Origin: an uncultured Planctomycetaceae bacterium
Lineage (GTDB): Bacteria > Planctomycetota > Planctomycetia > Isosphaerales > Isosphaeraceae
Assembly: GCA_963833985.1 (NCBI GenBank)
Contig: CAWIAD010000001.1
Coordinates: 1,344,001-1,408,000 of the forward strand
DNA: 64,000 nt
Reading direction: 5' to 3'
Shown here: positions 59,976 through 64,000 of the stretch, piece by piece
How the letters are laid out: the number at the start of each line of letters is the position of its first letter
Position numbering within the stretch: position 1 is the stretch's first letter
Notes under the pieces: model-generated
What the model was told of the DNA's origin: nothing
Database searches by the model: none
The model's input: only the letters and a program-made list of their open reading frames with translations
Made by a program: the position numbers and the translations under genes

Positions 59976-60172
59976 TTCACTTGCTTTTCTCGTCTAGCGC
60001 GGCACAATAAGCGAGGTCAGAGAGCCGTCAACAGTCGGCTCTCATGAAAACTTGAATCCAGGCCGTCGGCCGACTAGATGAAGAGCAACCCGGCTGGTCT
60101 GGGGGGCTGGTTAGCGAGTAAGTCGACGTGGTCGAATACCTTGGGGTGTTCCGCCACGTCGGCTTTTTTTTT
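59976..60172 (+). ncRNA. Candidate cis-regulatory leader (riboswitch/attenuator), copy 2, including its promoter
   Basis: TTGCTT-N16-CACAAT; hairpin GAGAGCCG/CGGCTCTC; GTCGG strand; terminator AAGTCGACGTGG...CCACGTCGGCTT plus T9; upstream of the radical SAM gene. Confidence 0.8.
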
Positions 60173-60216
60173 CATTTGCGGTGACGCCGAGCGGTCGCAG
60201 GCACCAGGAACGCACC

Positions 60217-61797
60217 ATGACTGATCTACTCCGGGTCGTGATCCTCAAGCCCAGCAAGTACAGGGCAGACGGCTACGTAGAACGTTTTCGATGGGGGTTC
60301 ATGCCCAACAGCACCCTGCCGCATTTCCGGAGCATGACGCCGGACAGGCTGGGCGGCACGCAGGTGGAAGTCCACACGGTCGACGAATACGTCCATACCG
60401 ACCTGGGGTACCTGTCCCTGCTCAGGGGGCGCCGGGGTGTCCGGACGCTGGTGGCTCTGGTGGGAGTGCAGAGCCATCAGTTCCACCGCGCGCTGGACCT
60501 CGCGGCGTATGCCCGGCGAAACGGCTGCCTGGCGGTCATCGGTGGCCCCCACGTGATGACCTGCGACACGTCGATGCTGCACGACCGCGGGGTGAGCTTC
60601 GCGCTGGCCGAGGCGGAGTTGGTCTGGCGGGAAATCCTTGAGGACGCGCTGGGGGGCGAGTTGCGGCCGGTCTATGGCGCGGAAGGGCGGTGGCAGCTTG
60701 AGCTGGAGGCGCCGGTCGTCGTGCCGCCGGGCCGGCAAGACCTGCGCCGCTACATCATCCCGATGCTCGGGCTGTACCCGGCCCGCGGGTGCCAGTTCAC
60801 ATGCAACTTCTGCTCGGTGATCAAGATCGCCGGGCGGCGGATTCGCAGCCAGAGCATCGACACTACCCTGGCCAGTCTCCGCGCCGCCAAGGCGGGGGGC
60901 GTGCGCACGATCATGTTCACCTCGGACAACTTCAACAAGTATCCCGAGGCCGAGGAGTTGCTTTCGGCCATCGTGAAGGAGCGCCTGGGGCTGGAGTTCT
61001 TCGTGCAGTGTGATACGCAGGTCGCTAGACAGGAGCGCCTGGTGGCGCTTCTGGCCCAGGCCGGGTGCTACCAGATGTTCGTCGGCGTCGAGTCGTTCAA
61101 CCGCCAGACCTTGCTGGCGGCCCGGAAGGGACAGAACCGTCCGGAGATGTACCGCGACATTGTACGACTGTGCCGCGAACACCGAATCAGCTCGCACTTT
61201 TCCAACATCATCGGCTTCCCGCAGGACATGGAAGAGGACGTGGACCAGCACCTGGAAATGCTCCGCGAGCTGGGCCCGACGTTCGCCTCCTTCTACATCC
61301 TCTGCCCGATTCCCGGCACCGAGCAGTATGACAAGTTCGTGGCCGAGGGCCTGGTCACGGAAAACAACCTTGACCGATTCGACACGACGTGTCTGACCTG
61401 GCGCCACCCCCACTTCTCGCGCGAAGAGTTGGCCGGGTTGCTGTTTCGGTGTTATCGCAAGTTCTACTCGTCTGGCCACGCGGTGCGCAACTTGATGGAC
61501 CTCGGCGGGCGGAGAGGTGGGGTGCTGGCGGAGTCGGTGGGGATCACTGGCATGGCGCTGTTCAATCGATATTGCACGTGGCGGCGGACCCATCCCATGT
61601 CGGGCGGGATCATCCGCGTGATGCGGGACCGTGTGGACGACTTCCTCCATCTGCGCAAGGACACGTTCGGCTTCAAGCTGGTTCCGCTGCCGCGCAGCTT
61701 GCAACTGGTGGAGGCGGACAGCTTGCTGAACCGGGCTATCGATCCGCAGGCGTGGACGAGTCTGTCACGCGCAACCGGCCACTCGATCGAGCACTGA
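60217..61797 (+). CDS. Radical SAM protein with B12-binding-like N-terminal domain
   Basis: ILKPSKY..DGYV, LVGVQSHQF, IGGPH, RGCQFTCNFCS (CxxxCxxC), FVGVES, IIGFP, PIPGT. Confidence 0.9.
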   Translation: MTDLLRVVILKPSKYRADGYVERFRWGFMPNSTLPHFRSMTPDRLGGTQVEVHTVDEYVHTDLGYLSLLRGRRGVRTLVALVGVQSHQFHRALDLAAYARRNGCLAVIGGPHVMTCDTSMLHDRGVSFALAEAELVWREILEDALGGELRPVYGAEGRWQLELEAPVVVPPGRQDLRRYIIPMLGLYPARGCQFTCNFCSVIKIAGRRIRSQSIDTTLASLRAAKAGGVRTIMFTSDNFNKYPEAEELLSAIVKERLGLEFFVQCDTQVARQERLVALLAQAGCYQMFVGVESFNRQTLLAARKGQNRPEMYRDIVRLCREHRISSHFSNIIGFPQDMEEDVDQHLEMLRELGPTFASFYILCPIPGTEQYDKFVAEGLVTENNLDRFDTTCLTWRHPHFSREELAGLLFRCYRKFYSSGHAVRNLMDLGGRRGGVLAESVGITGMALFNRYCTWRRTHPMSGGIIRVMRDRVDDFLHLRKDTFGFKLVPLPRSLQLVEADSLLNRAIDPQAWTSLSRATGHSIEH

Positions 61798-61895
61798 TCG
61801 GGTGGTCATCAGGTGCGCCGGGATGGGGTGTCCGACTTTCTAACGGCTCGCAAGGCCGCTTTGCTTCCACCTCGTCTTTGATCTTCAGGGCGCAT

Positions 61896-62054
61896 CTATT
61901 TTGACACGACCCACAGGGCATGAACCATCCCTGGGAAGAACAGCAATAAGCAGAGCAGGATATTGATGAGAAGGTCCTTGCCAAAGCCCCGTTTCAGCAC
62001 GACGGCGACCGGTGGCAGGAAGATAGCGATCAAGATCAAGACCAACTTGTTCAC
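61896..62054 (-). CDS. YqaE/Pmp3 (UPF0057) proteolipid (52 aa, not in ORF track)
   Basis: GTG start; MNKLVLILIAIFLPPVAVVLKRGFGKDLLINILLCLLLFFPGMVHALWVVSK*. Confidence 0.9.
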   Translation of the reverse strand: MNKLVLILIAIFLPPVAVVLKRGFGKDLLINILLCLLLFFPGMVHALWVVSK

Positions 62055-62483
62055 GATTCTTGAGCTCCGCTTAGAGTGGAGGGCGTCTCGTCAAGGTGCG
62101 CCGCCCCGCCCCGACCCATCAGCTCAACAGAGAAGGACTTCGAGAACAAGGTCCGACTGATCCGAACCGTCGAACGGCAACGTCTCGGGCAGCCCGTGCC
62201 GGCCGGCGACGTGGGCGCCGACCAGACGGTTGTCCCAGGCGATGAGCTTCGTGGAGATCCTCGCTGGCGGCGCAGCTCATCGCCGCGGCGTACCGGCTTG
62301 TCCTCTCAGTTCACCGATTTCCTTGGACTCAGGCGGGGCGTTCGCGTTAAATCAGCATCATCGCGCAACGAATACCGAAGAAAGACGCGGGAACGAAGCC
62401 AGCCAGGGAATTCTCGTCGAGACGTGATTCAACCCCGATCGGCGATATGGGATCAATGCCATTAATAATCCCGGAGCTTCAAC

Positions 62484-63329
62484 ATGAAACTCAATGTTGG
62501 CTACGACATCGTGTACGATTGCCCGAAACCCACTCCCATGATCTTGACGCTGAGCATTCACTATTCTCGCGTGTCCGACCTGCTGAGACCCGACACGCTC
62601 GTCATCAACCCGTCCGCCCCGATCAAGGCATACCGCGACGGGTTTGGCAACTGGTGCAGCCGGATCGTCGCTCCGAAGGGGGAAATCCAGCTCAAGGCTG
62701 ATTCGATCGTCAGCGACCCAGGGACGACCGACCGCATCGAAAAGGGGGCACAGCAGCACGCGGTCCACGACCTGCCCGAGGAGACCTTGATGTACCTTCT
62801 GGGGAGTCGCTATTGCGAGACCGACAGCCTGTCGGAGACGGCCTGGACGCTCTTCGAAAAGACACCCGCCGGATGGGGTCGCGTTCAGGCTATCTGTGAT
62901 TTCGTCCACCAGCATATCCAGTTCGGCTACGAGCACGCGCGGCCAACAAGGACCGCACTTGGAGCGTATCGCGAGCGCCACGGAGTCTGTCGAGATTTCG
63001 CCCACCTGGCGATCGCCTTTTGTCGCTGCATGAATATCCCCGCGCGCTATTGCACCGGGTATCTCGGCGATATCGGCGTACCGCCGTCCCAGGCCCCCAT
63101 GGACTTCCACGCTTGGTTCGAGGCATTCCTCGGCGGTCAGTGGCACATCTTCGACTCCCGCAATAATGTCCCGCGGATCGGTCGCGTCTTGATCGCGCAA
63201 GGCCGAGACGCTTCCGATGTGGCGATCAGCACGACATTCGGTCCGTGCACGCTGAAATCATTCCGGGTCTGGACCGACGAACTCATCGCACCCGAACAAT
63301 CCTCGCCCCGAACGCCTGCACTTCAATAG
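62484..63329 (+). CDS. Transglutaminase-like protein
   Basis: DGFGN, SRYCETD, GVCRDFAH, PARYCTGYL, DFHAWFE, GRDASDV. Confidence 0.93.
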   Translation: MKLNVGYDIVYDCPKPTPMILTLSIHYSRVSDLLRPDTLVINPSAPIKAYRDGFGNWCSRIVAPKGEIQLKADSIVSDPGTTDRIEKGAQQHAVHDLPEETLMYLLGSRYCETDSLSETAWTLFEKTPAGWGRVQAICDFVHQHIQFGYEHARPTRTALGAYRERHGVCRDFAHLAIAFCRCMNIPARYCTGYLGDIGVPPSQAPMDFHAWFEAFLGGQWHIFDSRNNVPRIGRVLIAQGRDASDVAISTTFGPCTLKSFRVWTDELIAPEQSSPRTPALQ

Positions 63330-64000
63330 CCGCATCGCTTCCGGCCGGTTTGGTGACACCGCCACCGATCAAGTCGTCAAGCTGGTAGGATCGCCAGGCA
63401 CCTCCGTCGATTGGCATTGTTAATGTTCTCGGCTTGTCCGAGCCGTTGAGGACCACCAAGATGCGGTCGTCAGCCAATGTGCGGAGAAACCCATAGGTTG
63501 CATCGCGAGAGAAAACCTCGACGAAGTTCCCCCTCCGCAGTGCGGGTTCGCGCTTGCGGAGAGCGATGACGCGCCTTCACGTCCTTCAAGAACAACGAGT
63601 CCTGCCTATCGGCCGGAAACGCCGCTCCCACGTCATGGAAGGCAATTCCCAGCTCATTTCCAGCGTAGAGCAGTGGGACCCTGTCAAGCATGAGTTGGTA
63701 TGTCAGCGCAAGCCGGGTTCGCCTTGCCTTTGGTTCCTTGGCGATTGATGCGAACGCGTTTTCGTAATTGTCGATCGGCGCCATCATCGTCCGTGGATAG
63801 GGATAGAACTGCTTTGCTTCCCTGGCAATAAACGAGAGCTTGCCAACGTCTTCATCCTTGCCAAACACGTCACGGACCGTCATGGCACTAAAGTCGTAGG
63901 CGCCGTCAAAACCGGCCTCAGTCACGAACTCGCCGATCTTTTTCGGAATGATCGTAAGCTCGGGCAAGAGCAGGAAATCCTTTTCTGGTGGTGCCGACTT
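63283..64000 (-). CDS. GH13 alpha-amylase-family protein, 3' part (frameshift near 63571; start outside the window)
   Basis: FLLLPEL, FDGAYDF, IDNYE, VPLLYAGNELG, ALRKREPALRRG, RILVVLN. Confidence 0.75.

Noticed and set aside
62238..62284. 11-bp inverted repeat GGCGATGAGCT/AGCTCATCGCC
   Set aside because: Isolated, no second copy or terminator tail; cannot be assigned

Overview
GC-rich bacterial DNA, most likely Planctomycetota (Isosphaeraceae-like; inferred from protein styles). It looks like a long-read assembly with scattered indels, since valS, adk and actF are each split by one frameshift. Contents in order: TPR/membrane/YiiX genes and adk; a decayed hybrid kinase; a PAS kinase, NarL regulator, HD-GYP and PilZ module; a cNMP-thioredoxin reductase with a UBP Zn-finger gene; IS66 debris and a type II R-M pair at the 3' end of tRNA-Leu(TAA); an island between tRNA-Leu and tRNA-Ser(TGA) with an ethylene-receptor-like kinase and an integron remnant (attC plus dead intI fragment); an alternative complex III (act) operon with an actC-actD fusion and an ActG-like/diheme tail, facing a porin and two c-type cytochromes; two back-to-back PIN toxin-antitoxin pairs; valS, cimA, UDG, an ECF/anti-sigma pair and an internally deleted ISAs1; a general-stress small-protein cluster, P1B ATPase, DUF2294/MpsC, radical SAM, transglutaminase and a GH13 fragment. 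Best novelty candidates: (1) a ~200-nt leader present twice (55981-56185 minus, 59976-60172 plus) with a promoter, a covarying hairpin and mutually exclusive antiterminator/terminator helices, i.e. an unrecognised riboswitch/attenuator next to an MpsC-family gene; (2) an ACIII with no adjacent oxidase, coupled to a candidate porin-cytochrome conduit. All calls come from reading the sequence by eye; no database searches were run.
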